From: Mytilus edulis
Taxonomy: Eukaryota
DNA: 64,000 nt
Assembly: GCF_963676685.1 (NCBI RefSeq)
Contig: NC_092344.1
Coordinates: forward strand, 37,634,001-37,698,000
Direction of reading: 5' to 3'
Position 1 is the stretch's first letter, and the number at the start of each line of letters is the position of its first letter. The notes under the pieces were generated by a model, which saw nothing but the letters and a program-made list of their open reading frames with translations, was not told the origin of the DNA and did no database searches. The position numbers and the translations under genes were made by a program. Shown here piece after piece: positions 12,863-22,480 of this stretch.

Positions 12863-13880
12863 GAAGAGCAGGAAAATTTAGCAGAAGATTACTTAAAATT
12901 GATTTTACTATCATGTAAAAAGATGAGAAGGTAACAAAAATCTGTTGAATTAATAGTCATAAGAGTAGCCAGTACTTCGGTTTTTTGTGTTATTAAAATT
13001 TGCTGTTACAAAATGATGGAAATTATTATAAACTAAGGAATGTCGCTCATGCAAAGCTCTGATTCCTTTTACGGATTTGGCTATACTTTTTGGACCTTTT
13101 GGATTAAAGCTCTTCATCTTTTATAAATGCTTTGGATTTAAAATATTTCGGCCACGAGCATCACTGAAGAGATATGTATTGTCGAAATGCGCATCTGGTG
13201 CAACAAAATTGGTACCGTTAATTTTATTTTAAAAGAAGGAAAGACAAAACCAAAGGCAAATAAAAAAGGATGAATAGACAACGGTTAAGTAAATAGAACA
13301 CTGAAAATTAAATTTTGATCAATAAAAAGATATTCTAGACAGAAAGGTGCAACTGTAAACAGAAAATATCTTGCAATGGGAGGAATTACAAGAAACAATT
13401 TGCACAAACTGAAAAATATGAAAAAAAGGGAAAGGGGGGGGGGGGGGGGGGGGGGGGGGTGTAAGCTGTTTGTTGCTAATGACAAAGGGAATTAATGATT
13501 TTAATCCAATTATAGATCAGTAAGGTGATCAGTCATAATAAATGAGTGATGATTGTGTTTTAGCTATGACAAATAAAACATATTCTTATTATCAGTGACA
13601 CTTATAATTTACACCTGTCAACTAAGTCTTAGTGCAATTGGTGTTCATAAAATTGGTGAAGAGATTACTTAATTTTTACCATTTTTGCTTTTTAGATCCA
13701 GAGATCTATTATGAGTTCAGTCCATCACAGACTCCGGTGAGAGAGAATGGATCAACGGACCCAAAGACACCAGAAATCTTACCTCCAACTTATGAGGAAG
13801 CTTTAGAGAACTCTGTGCCACTGACTGAAACAGATCGTCTTAATGCAGAATATGTAAATTATAATACAGAAAACTCATAA
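407..13880 (+). CDS. Six-exon gene for a 312-aa type I membrane protein: signal peptide, degenerate CUB-like ectodomain, one TM, tail with PPxY and Tyr motifs; join(407..414,3923..4008,6693..6949,7408..7549,11172..11432,13696..13880)
   Basis: All five introns are GT-AG with matching phases (2,1,0,1,1). Exon lengths sum to 939 nt, i.e. 312 aa plus TAA. The protein reads MDMSQNLCTALCKWFLLWIILQKSSSVVGERVWMDDETMC..., has 4 ectodomain Cys and CUB-like strands (SLVVTFISFYI, YLRFYLKTD, NFILNIT), TM IGIAIISVIAFVLIVYFVF followed by KIVKLR, and LPPTYEEAL in the tail. Confidence 0.8.
614..2442 (-). mobile_element. HINE/Helentron-like non-autonomous element, copy 1, interrupted by the insertion at 727..2071
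   Basis: Subterminal inverted repeats ATGGGGACGAAG/CTTCGTCCCCAT and a terminal hairpin CAGGTA-T-TACCTG. Near-identical to 3250..3725 once the insert is removed. Confidence 0.7.
727..2071. mobile_element. Non-autonomous TIR DNA transposon (hAT/hAT5-like), 1345 bp
   Basis: TIRs TAGTGTTTCCTGCAG/CTGTAGGAAACACTA. TGTTA is duplicated at 722-726 and 2072-2076. The empty site is seen at about 3372. AGGGCA/GGGCG motifs occur in the subterminal regions. Confidence 0.85.
2581..2738. mobile_element. Short MITE with TA flanks; diverged relative at about 54370-54530
   Basis: TA-CACCTTATCACTA ... TAGCGATAAGGTG-TA. Confidence 0.6.
3250..3725 (-). mobile_element. HINE/Helentron-like element, copy 2 (uninterrupted)
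   Basis: Same sequence and termini as 614..2442 without the insert. Confidence 0.75.
3923..4008 (+). CDS. Exon 2, signal-peptide exon
   Basis: Acceptor tttttttag, donor G|gtatgt. Encodes SQNLCTALCKWFLLWIILQKSSSVVGER. Confidence 0.75.
4587..4917. repeat. 23-bp minisatellite, about 14 copies (GGTTGTTGTCTGCTCTTATCTTA)
   Basis: Direct tandem units visible, with a few recurring variants. Confidence 0.95.
5039..6540 (+). mobile_element. HINE-like element with ~160-bp internal tandem repeats; right end approximate
   Basis: 5' hairpin CGACTGCAAAATTTTTGCGGTCG, a CGT-rich microsatellite, and TAGAAATCTATGAAATTT recurring near 5145, 5306, 5460 and 5632. Related copy at 11599. Confidence 0.7.
6693..6949 (+). 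CDS. Exon 3, first half of the CUB-like domain
   Basis: Acceptor tctttatttcag, donor TTA|gtaagt. Same frame as ORF 6698..7042. Confidence 0.85.
7408..7549 (+). CDS. Exon 4, second half of the CUB-like domain (not in the ORF track)
   Basis: Acceptor ttctttttcttcttcag, donor G|gtgagt. Open frame KTLDCNTKGKAKDQSFRLSKENTYLRFYLKTDNPSDLRYNFILNITS. Confidence 0.85.
8134..8979. mobile_element. Tc1/mariner-pogo (Tigger-like) MITE, 846 bp, TA target duplication
   Basis: TA-CAGTAAAACCTGTATAAACCGG ... CCGGTTTAATCAGGTTTGACTG-TA (22 bp, 3 mismatches), with internal CCGGTTTA repeats. Confidence 0.9.
9740..9948. repeat. Long palindromic element end with a ~70-bp SINE-like tail inserted in the right arm
   Basis: Inner arms GATATTTTAACACC...GTACACC/GGTGTAC...GGTGTTAAAATATC (9768..9852). 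Outer arms TCATATCCGTAGATAT/ATATCTACGGATATGA. Confidence 0.75.
11172..11432 (+). CDS. Exon 5, transmembrane helix and proximal tail
   Basis: Acceptor tatattttcag, donor G|gtgagg. Hydrophobic run followed by basic residues. Same frame as ORF 11171..11695. Confidence 0.85.
11599..12472 (+). mobile_element. HINE-like element, same 5' end family as 5039..6540
   Basis: Shared start ...GCAAAATTTTGCAGTCGTATATTGGTAT..., 3' hairpin TGTGTCC-tttt-GGACACA, T-rich flanks. Confidence 0.65.
12832..12862. repeat. (TCAA)n microsatellite
   Basis: Direct reading. Confidence 0.9.
13158..13201 (+). ncRNA. Minimal type I hammerhead ribozyme (Penelope-like-element type), core intact, in intron 5
   Basis: GCATCA-CTGAAGA-GATA(tgtat)TGTC-GAA-ATGCGCAT-C-TGGTGC. 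Stem I is GCATCA/TGGTGC, the CUGANGA and GAAA boxes are intact, stem III is palindromic, and the predicted cut is after C13195. Confidence 0.8.
13696..13880 (+). CDS. Exon 6, terminal coding exon with PPTY and EYVN motifs
   Basis: Acceptor tttttgctttttag. Encodes DPEIYYEF...LPPTYEEAL...EYVNYNTENS*. Confidence 0.85.
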
Positions 13881-16355
13881 TGTATACATGTGTCATTATC
13901 ATGATTTTAAAATAGTGAGCCATTGTTAGATCAAATACTGTTGTAAGAAAATAGCTTTATACAGATCTTGCCACTATTTGTCGGTAATGATGAGCATGCT
14001 TAGAATTTTTATGTGGGGTTCACTTTTTGTTGACATAATATTTAATGAGGGGGGGGCCATACTTTTTTCGGGGCATCTGTTTCAGGTGTTTTTAAACTCT
14101 GTATTTCGGGATTGATCCTTTCAGGATCTGGGAATTCTTTTTTCAAATTTTGGGATGTCGGGATTTAAATTTCTTAAAATTTGGGACCTCAAGATTTAAT
14201 GTGTTTAAGCCAGGGATTACAGGTTCAGGACCACTCCAATCCCCCCCCCCCCCCCTTTTAATGGAATTGAAAATATATTTTGACTTCCATTTAACCAATG
14301 ATGAATAGGGTTGTTTAAAACAAGAACAGGTTGATTCCTATATGAAAATGTTGATATGTGTTTAAAATACTGAACCTTTAAGAATGAGAGGAATTTAAAG
14401 TAAAAAGAGGATAACTTGTGTGTACTAAAATTCTGAGAGAAAAAGTCATGTATTGTCTCAAAGAATCCAACCTACCATTCTAAATGCTTACCTTTGTTCG
14501 GTAAATAAATTTGGAAGTATTTGATTTTTATTAATATTAAATAAAAGGGCAAGGTGTGAATAAGGTTGAAATGAATTTTTAATTGCAAATTATAACAGAT
14601 ATCTTTGTCTGTGCAAGTCTATCTTTTTACATTTTGTAATGATTTCTTCTGCTGGAGAAACCTACAACTTGTTATTGTTTACATCTCTGTTCTAGGGTAT
14701 TTTTGTAGATAGTTGTCTAATTGACAATCATATAACATCTCCTTATTTTTATATGATATACACAGTACATGTTATATCTGAACAGAAACTGTAAAAACAA
14801 TTCTGCTTTGATAAGATTTAAGAAAACTAATATCTTATAAGACAAAAAAAAGAAATATCTAACAAATTCAAGTTCATTCATCATGTTCATCTACCTATTT
14901 TTTTATGCTGGATGCTACATCTTTTAGAGCTTTCATTTTATAATTAATTTTATTGTGTGAAGAAATCATGCAGGAATTAAAATTAGCAAGATTCTAATCA
15001 TTTAAAAGTCATTGATCAATATTTTACTTAACCACATATTCTCAATCACTAATTTTTCTCAATCCAAAAATAGTTTTTTGTTGTATTCATACAATATATT
15101 TCATCATAAGTCTATATGTATGGCAGGAGCTGTACTGTACAAATATTTGTTTGCTGCAAGTTGAATGTATAACCTTGCACATCAATCATATATTCATTTG
15201 ATCAATTAGTTTATTGTTTTTACATCATATTATGTTGAAATCTTGCTTTTTAATGTTTTGATGAATGGATATGAATTAGTATTGTGTTATCTCTGAGATA
15301 TAAAAAAAAAAAAGTATGCATGCAATAGGCTATTTGCCAATTACCATTATTGACCCTGAAATTAGAGATCCCTTTTTTAGTTGTCTCCCTTATGAGGGAC
15401 TTTAATTTTTATTTACAATGAAGAGCTAGCAGAAGAGCAAATTTACTGTGTAATGTGAGTAATCTATAAGGTTTTCAAATCTTTTAATTACATTCATTTG
15501 TTGTTTTGCTAAATACTTTTGACATCAGAAATTATTTTTCATGAAAAATTAGTGAAACCGGCGATACATCGCTTTCAATTGGCAAAAGCCAATTTTGTCT
15601 GGTATGGAACCAGTCTACGATTGACAAAGGGAAGTAATTTGTTTAAAAAGTGTGTAATAACAGAATCAAATCGGTAAAAAGCCTATTGGTGTGCAATTCG
15701 TCATGTTTAACACAATTTAGAAAGTGCTTTTGTTACAATTAACAAAATTGATATTAGGTTGTTTTTTTCTAGTATAAAGTGAGTATGTTAGCCTCAACTA
15801 TGACCTCTTTAAAAGAGGAAATGTTTGTTTTTGTTGTTGTAGGATTGTGTTTCTAAAATTATTAGATGTGTTTGTATGTTAATTATATTGTGAAATGTGA
15901 ACAAATACCTATTGAAAGAAAAGTTATGAATGATGTCACACAAAAAAGCTAAATACTGTTCACTGCAATTTTGAAGTAAAATGTTTGCTCTATATTGGTG
16001 GTCTAATCAATTTTACCCTTGTTGAACACAGCGACCTTTGGAACATTTATGAGGTGGATATGCATTGCAAGTTTGTGTAGGAACAATCAGCCTCATATCC
16101 ATCTATACCAATTACACTTTCAATATTATTCTAATCATCCATCTCCTAAATCTACTAATCCATTAAAACCAATTATGCCAGATCAATTAACTTACGAATG
16201 TATTCAACTTTATAAATAAAAACTACTTTTCTTCTTTGAATACATAACATAAATATAAGATTTTTTCAGCTGTTTAAATTGTGTACTTGTTATACATACA
16301 TGTACAATCATCCCAATGCATAGTTGTTTTTGCCTTTTTAACTTTTTGGATTTGA

Positions 16356-16399
16356 GCGTCACTGATGGGTCTTTTGTAGACGAAACGCGCGTCTGGCAT
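16356..16399 (+). ncRNA. Degenerate minimal type I hammerhead ribozyme (A9>G core change) in a Penelope-like repeat fragment
   Basis: GCGTCA-CTGATGG-GTCT(tttgt)AGAC-GAA-ACGCGCGT-C-TGGCAT. Stem II is perfect and stem III is palindromic. The core reads CUGAUGG instead of CUGAUGA, and stem I has a C.A mismatch. Confidence 0.65.
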
Positions 16400-18915
16400 T
16401 TATAAAAAATTTAGTCCTGGTATCTATGATGAGTTTATTTGTTGCTTATTTATTTATTGCCATGTTGTAAGACTGCAAACCTTTAAAGTCTGTGCATTTT
16501 TTATCATTAAATATCAATACAATTCCCCTATATACATGATATATGGAAAGATACAGGCTACTATGTATGGAATGGGCATAGACTTCAATACTTGTTTGTA
16601 TTAAATTGTGCTAGTAACACAAATTCTTTTTGAAAATATTTATATTCATGCCATAGAAAAGTTTTACATCAAATTTTGTTTGTAGGCCTATTTTCTACTC
16701 ATTTTTGCTTTGGCCTTAATGGTATAGTGTTTTGATATATTATACCTAGAATAGAAAGTGGTTCTTTCTTGTTTCTTATGCTCAATGAATTTTATATGTG
16801 CATAAGATTATGTTGCTCCTCAATTTTTCCCTATTGACTCCAACTTATTTTAATTTCTTATGCTCATTTAATTTTATTTGTGCATTAGAATATGTTGCTC
16901 CTCAATTTTTTCCCTATTGACACCAACTGTCTCCGCTTTAATTTTGCGTGGATTTTTGTAATCACTAGTCATTTTCTTTTTCCCATTATGTTATCTTCTA
17001 CTAGTTACATTACATTGTACAGTGATACACTATTTGATTAACCATATTTGAACAAAATGGTTATTTTAAGTTACCTTGTACTTTTCAGCCTACGTTTTTA
17101 TATAAAATCTCAATGATTACAAGAAAATGCACAAATTTGGATTCATTTCTGTATTGTAACATGTAAATTTGGATGAAATAGGAATTTAAAAATGATTAAA
17201 CTACATATTTATAAAAACTATTGATTGCTTCGACAGTATCAATAATGAAAAAGCTTTTTCCAACTTCTCCCAAAACCATGAAAAATAGTACCAGTATGTA
17301 ATTGTATGAATTCTATGTAAAATTTTTTAAAGAAAAATATGTGTTTAGTTTGTGGTTTGTATGTTTAAACACCTAAATATCAAACAAATTGTATATTCTA
17401 ATTGGAATATTAGCTAAATATCAATCAATATCTTAACGGGCTTTTCTAGAAATATTGCTATTTAACAGAGGACAGGAAAAAGGCACTTTGAACTAAGTTA
17501 AATTCATGGCCTCTGAAAAATATGATTAACTAGTTAATATAATCACGAAAAAATTATCAGAGTGCATTAATGTAAAAATTGTTTTGTCCATCTCATGTAT
17601 TTATTTCTTGAAAAGCCCAGAAAAAGCCTTGTATTTCCATTAAGATTGAAAGCTGAGTATATCACCTTCAAATCTTTGGTTGTGATACAGTTTTGTATAA
17701 ACATTTCTTTTATATAAATTTTAGTATGTGTATTAAAATGTGTATATTTTTCTGACTAATATTTAGTGCAATAATTTGTTTTCAAATCAGAAATGATTTT
17801 AATCATATGTGCCTGTATTGTTTCAGCAAGTATAGAAACAAAATAATAATGGACTGAAAAATTGTCTCAATTAAACAACTCTGCTAACAAATAAAAAAAA
17901 AATCAAGTCTTTGAGCTGATTTTTTTTCAGTCTGCAGATTAGACATTTTTTTTAGTGAACAGGACCAGTATAAAATATTTGCCACCAAATTATATCTGTT
18001 TTCAGGCTTTAATAAATCGTTTTTGAAACCACAGGATTTGGTTTTTTTACCAAACATGATCTGGATTATCCTTACAGATATATTTCAAAATACACAAGAT
18101 AGGTCATCACTTTACTATTCCCTTATTACTATTATAAATAGTAAAACACATGAGTAAAACTCAAATTTGACTTATTTGTGCAATAATCATATAACTCACT
18201 GTAACTAAATGTTAGGGTAATTTTTCATATAATGGAATCCCCCCTTTTTATTTAACAATATAGATAATATAAAAACATCGGCATTAGATTAATCTTAAAT
18301 TTTGACAGAAGTTTAATTCAGGAATTTATTTTTTGAATATCAGGTTTGTTATTTCAGGCAGCTTGGAATTGATTAGACTAAAAGAAAAAGTTTAAGATTA
18401 TCTCCCTTTAAGAAAAAGTTTTAAGATTATCTCCCTTTAAGTTTTAACAATATTTATTTATGTATTTTTTACTCTTGTTAGTTAAGTTACACCTTATACT
18501 TATAAAAATTATAATTGTATTATTTCTATGCAATCCATAGTCACAACGCTTTTGCAAAAATGTCTTGCCCATATAAACCAAATTAACTTTTTGTATTACC
18601 GGTAATTGTTCATTTTAAGTCAATGAATGCAGAAGCTGTGTATATTCTTTGTTTAGCTTCAGTGTTATGAACTGTTTATCATGTGCATAAAGTTTGTGAC
18701 TAATAGTTTTTGAAAAAAGTTAATATTACTTATATCATTATTGCATTTAATAGCAAATGCTGTAAATACAAAACGTTGTTCTTGGTGAAGTAATACAAAA
18801 ATGGTGTTGTAAATTTTCAATCATCATAATTATGTGAAATACCGGTATACTTCTCTCATACTTTTAAGATTTGTATATTATCAGTGTGTGTTTGCCTGTT
18901 AATTTGTTTTCTTAA

Positions 18916-19128
18916 GGGGGTAGACCTTGGTCCAGGGAGATAACTCTTTAAATCAGTTATGTGTTTGTAAAAGTCAAGTTTCGTCAATGAATTTTAAGCA
19001 TTTTAAAACCTGAAACAGATTGGAAATGATCTATGTATCCTAGAAGCTTAGAACATATTTATGAAAATGGCTGACACAAACGTACTGATGATTTTAAGAG
19101 TTATTTCCCTTAACCTAGGTCTACCTCC
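18916..19128. mobile_element. 213-bp MITE with TTAA target duplication (Kolobok-like)
   Basis: TTAA-GGGGGTAGACCTTGGTCCAGGGAGATAACTCTT ... AAGAGTTATTTCCCTTAACCTAGGTCTACCTCC-TTAA (33-bp TIR, 5 mismatches). Confidence 0.8.
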
Positions 19129-19951
19129 TTAAAATGTATCATTTTATCATTTTCCTAAATTTCAGTTTAAACTTAAATCAATAAATTTGATACCTCGCAT
19201 AAATGCAAATCTCTGTTTATTTGTACTTGAAACCTTAATTTTTTAACACATGTATTAAAGAATCAGATATTTATTTGACACATTTCATTGGATTATAGCA
19301 GTTTGACTAGTTTTGATCATTGGTAAGTTTAATATTTCCTTAACAATAGAACCGGATTGAAATGTTCAGCTGATTTTTTAGTGTTTTGTGCAACCTTAAC
19401 TTATCTTTTTGTCATAGTTTTTTTTAGTGAAAAGAGTCATTCTCTATAACTTAACATATTTTCACTAAAATGACTAGGGTGCAAGTACAAACATTATGAT
19501 AAGTCTTTATTAAATATTTTTGTATATTTGAATTGAAAACTTAACTCAAACTGATAGTATAATTTGAAAGGGGTTCAAAATTTGTATCTGAGTCATGGCA
19601 TAATGATGTCTGACATATTGTTGTTGGCTGCCATGAAATAACCAACAGGCCTGAAAGTGGCATTTTGGATTTTTATAAAACTAATGAATTTTACTCAGAG
19701 ATAATCTTTTCAATACAAAACATCCTTTTGTCCATTTTATATTAGTGAGTTAACATTTCTGACCCATGAGAATACACATCAAAGACTACATTTACTTCAT
19801 TCATTCATTCATAACCATATAGAATACATTTTATTGTTGTTGTACTGTCTAGTTTTATAATTGCATTAAAAGTTGTAGACATTTTAGTATCTCAATCTAA
19901 ACCATAGTCATTCTTACTTGCTTTTATGTTTAAGTTATTATATATATTATG

Positions 19952-19957
19952 AATAAA
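19952..19957 (+). terminator. Candidate polyadenylation signal of the + strand gene (implies a ~6-kb 3' UTR)
   Basis: AATAAA followed by T/GT-rich sequence at the end of a long T-rich tract. Earlier AATAAA sites also exist. Confidence 0.35.
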
Positions 19958-20049
19958 ATATTTTTTTGGTAAATCTTGTTTTGGTTTTAAGGTGGTTTCC
20001 ATGTAAGATGGACCAGGTTTATTTGCAAGCAATTACTTATGAATGATTA

Positions 20050-21240
20050 TTTTTTATTCCTGCCTGTAGGCAATGGGAACATTATGTGTTTCCCTTGTCC
20101 ATCTTTCTTTCTGTCCCACTTTTGTTTCGTCACTCTAACTTAAGTTTTTATCATCCAAATGTTATGAAAATCATACACCATGCTAAGAACCTAAACTTAG
20201 TCTGAATTTGAACAGTGAGTCAATTACCATCTAGAGTTATAACCCTTTATAACTTGGATGCTTTCAAAATTTAGCTTTCTGTGGCTTGTTAATTTCTCAC
20301 TTATTATAGAGTAATGCGATGGCAATATTTGGTATATGGGTTCCTTGCAAGTTAATATGTTTGTCAGACAGGGTTAAAATGACCTTGACCTCATTTCATG
20401 GATCACTGATCAAGGTTTAGTTTTCGTGGTTACATGTGTATATCAGATACAATAAGCAGTAAGTTAATTAACATTTGGTGTATGAATAGATTGTAGCATG
20501 CTTTCATCTGTCTGTGAGTTTCATCTGACCTTGACCTCATTTACATTATTCATTGGTCAATGTTAAGTTTTGAGCTGTAAGGTCTGTTTCTTAAAAACAA
20601 TGTAAATTAGGTCAACTATTTTTGGTGTATGAAATGATTGAATGGTGAAAATATCTGTCATGCAGGTTTGCCTGACCTTGACCTTATTTCCTTGGTTCTT
20701 AAAGTCAGAGTTATGTTTCGTGGACTGATTCTTAGATACTATGAGCACTAGCTTGACCATACATGGTTTATAGAATGATTGCAAGGTGTCTGTCTGGCAG
20801 AGTTCTTCTAACCTTGACCTCATTTTCATGGTTCATTGGTCAAAGTTAAGTTACCTTGGTAACTCATACCTGCCAACTGTCACTAATTGTGGGGGATTTC
20901 CCACATGAAAGCTCCCAAATGGAAATTTTGAAAGAGCAATTTTGTCCACAATCTTAAACAAAACAGTTAATTTTATATAAGCTATAAGCTATAAAGAGCC
21001 AAAAAACAACATCAAAATGCATTTAAAAGCCCCTTAAATGTTTTTTTGGAACACAAGAGTCCTCTTGCACGTAAAACCCCCATGGGCATTTTGAAAAGTT
21101 GGCAATCCTATTTCTCATATTCTACTATCAATTAGGTGAACTATATTTGGTGTATGGATCAAGTGCATGGGATGTCTGTCTTACAGGGTTCACTTGACTC
21201 TCATGATCAGTAAAGCAAGAACAACACACTGTCACAGCAT
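20050..21240 (+). mobile_element. Decayed HINE-like element(s) with ~150-bp TGACCTTGACC repeats
   Basis: TGACCTTGACC recurs near 20380, 20527, 20673 and 20811. It is the reverse complement of the motif in 46418..47506. Confidence 0.6.
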
Positions 21241-22266
21241 TTGCAGGTTTGTGTAATATATTTGTTAGGAGTCTTTGAGAATGGTTTTAGTGTGTTGTGC
21301 TTTATTGTTCATCAGGAATTTGGTGTTGACATCAGATGTTTGTTGATCTGTTGAATTCAATCATAACTTGTGATATTCATTACCTCTTAGAGCTTTCCAT
21401 ATGAAGAGGTACTGCTTTGATTGCTCAAGACTGAGCAGTAACTTCTAGATAAAAATTTTGTAAGTTTATAGTGTTGCACTGTTTGACATTTACAGCAAAT
21501 CTTTTTTGATACACTTTACACTAGATAAAGCATCATTTCAAGGGTAAACCTTGTGAAAAATCATGGAAATCCTATTAGGAAATATGTTGAAACAAAGCAG
21601 TCATCTGATTTTTAACAGTAGCAACAGTAAGTATCTGGTAAGTTAAAAAAGTAAGTTAAAGTACTTTATACTTGTGTTTTTCTTACCTTTTATACCATTG
21701 TTTAAGGGTTAAGTGTATTTCACATACCATTTTTTTTGTGTATGTTCTTTAAGATGCCTGATGTAAATCTCCTAATAAGGTTCACATCTCAAAGAAATAC
21801 TTTAACCCTGACGAGCCTATCCAAAATCAGGAACCTTGCCCATGGTTTAATTTGCATCATAAAAAGTTAATGTTCTTAGAAATTTTGAAAATTTGGTAAT
21901 AATGCCATAATGGCAGATATATGTTTTCTTTTGTTCAAATTATTCACAACCTTTTTTGACTCAAGAAGAGTGAAGGCTTAACCCTGTCTTTTGTGAAGGA
22001 AAGGATGTTTCTCTCTAAATATTGTTTAAAATAAAATAAATATGTTTTGTTTAAGTGCTGTCTCAGTAACGATACCACATATGTCATTTTGTTAATAGTA
22101 ATAGTAAAAGTAATACATTCTAATACAACAAGGTTTGTAACTTTCATTTTGATTGGATAACGTCACTCATTTTCATGGCATCAATTGATAATTGATGCTA
22201 TGGAACGTACATGCAAGCGCAGATGATATATAATTTAAAGTTGTTTTCTGTCAGTTTCATTAGAAT

Positions 22267-22433
22267 GGAGATAACAATATTGTATTTTAAGCTCCGATGG
22301 CATCAATTGGTGATTTGATGGTCGCATATACCTGTTTACTGTCTCCACTAACGTGTTGCCAGTAAACTTAATTTGCGACCATCAAATCATCAATTGATGC
22401 CGTCGGAGCTTAAAATACAATACAGTTATCTCC
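22267..22433. repeat. Long palindrome (~75-bp arms)
   Basis: GGAGATAAC..TTGTATTTTAAGCTCCGATGGCATCAATTGGTGATTTGATGGTCGCA pairs with TGCGACCATCAAATCATCAATTGATGCCGTCGGAGCTTAAAATACAA..GTTATCTCC. Confidence 0.9.
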
Positions 22434-22474
22434 TAATTGTTGTAGTTATAAGAGTCTATTATTCTTCATACAAT

Positions 22475-22480
22475 TTTATT
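22475..22480 (-). terminator. Candidate polyadenylation signal for paralog A
   Basis: AATAAA on the - strand about 2.3 kb downstream of the stop codon. Confidence 0.35.

Noticed and set aside
13285-13485. Poly-proline ORF
   Set aside because: Produced by an intronic poly-G run (about 13434-13459) read on the opposite strand.
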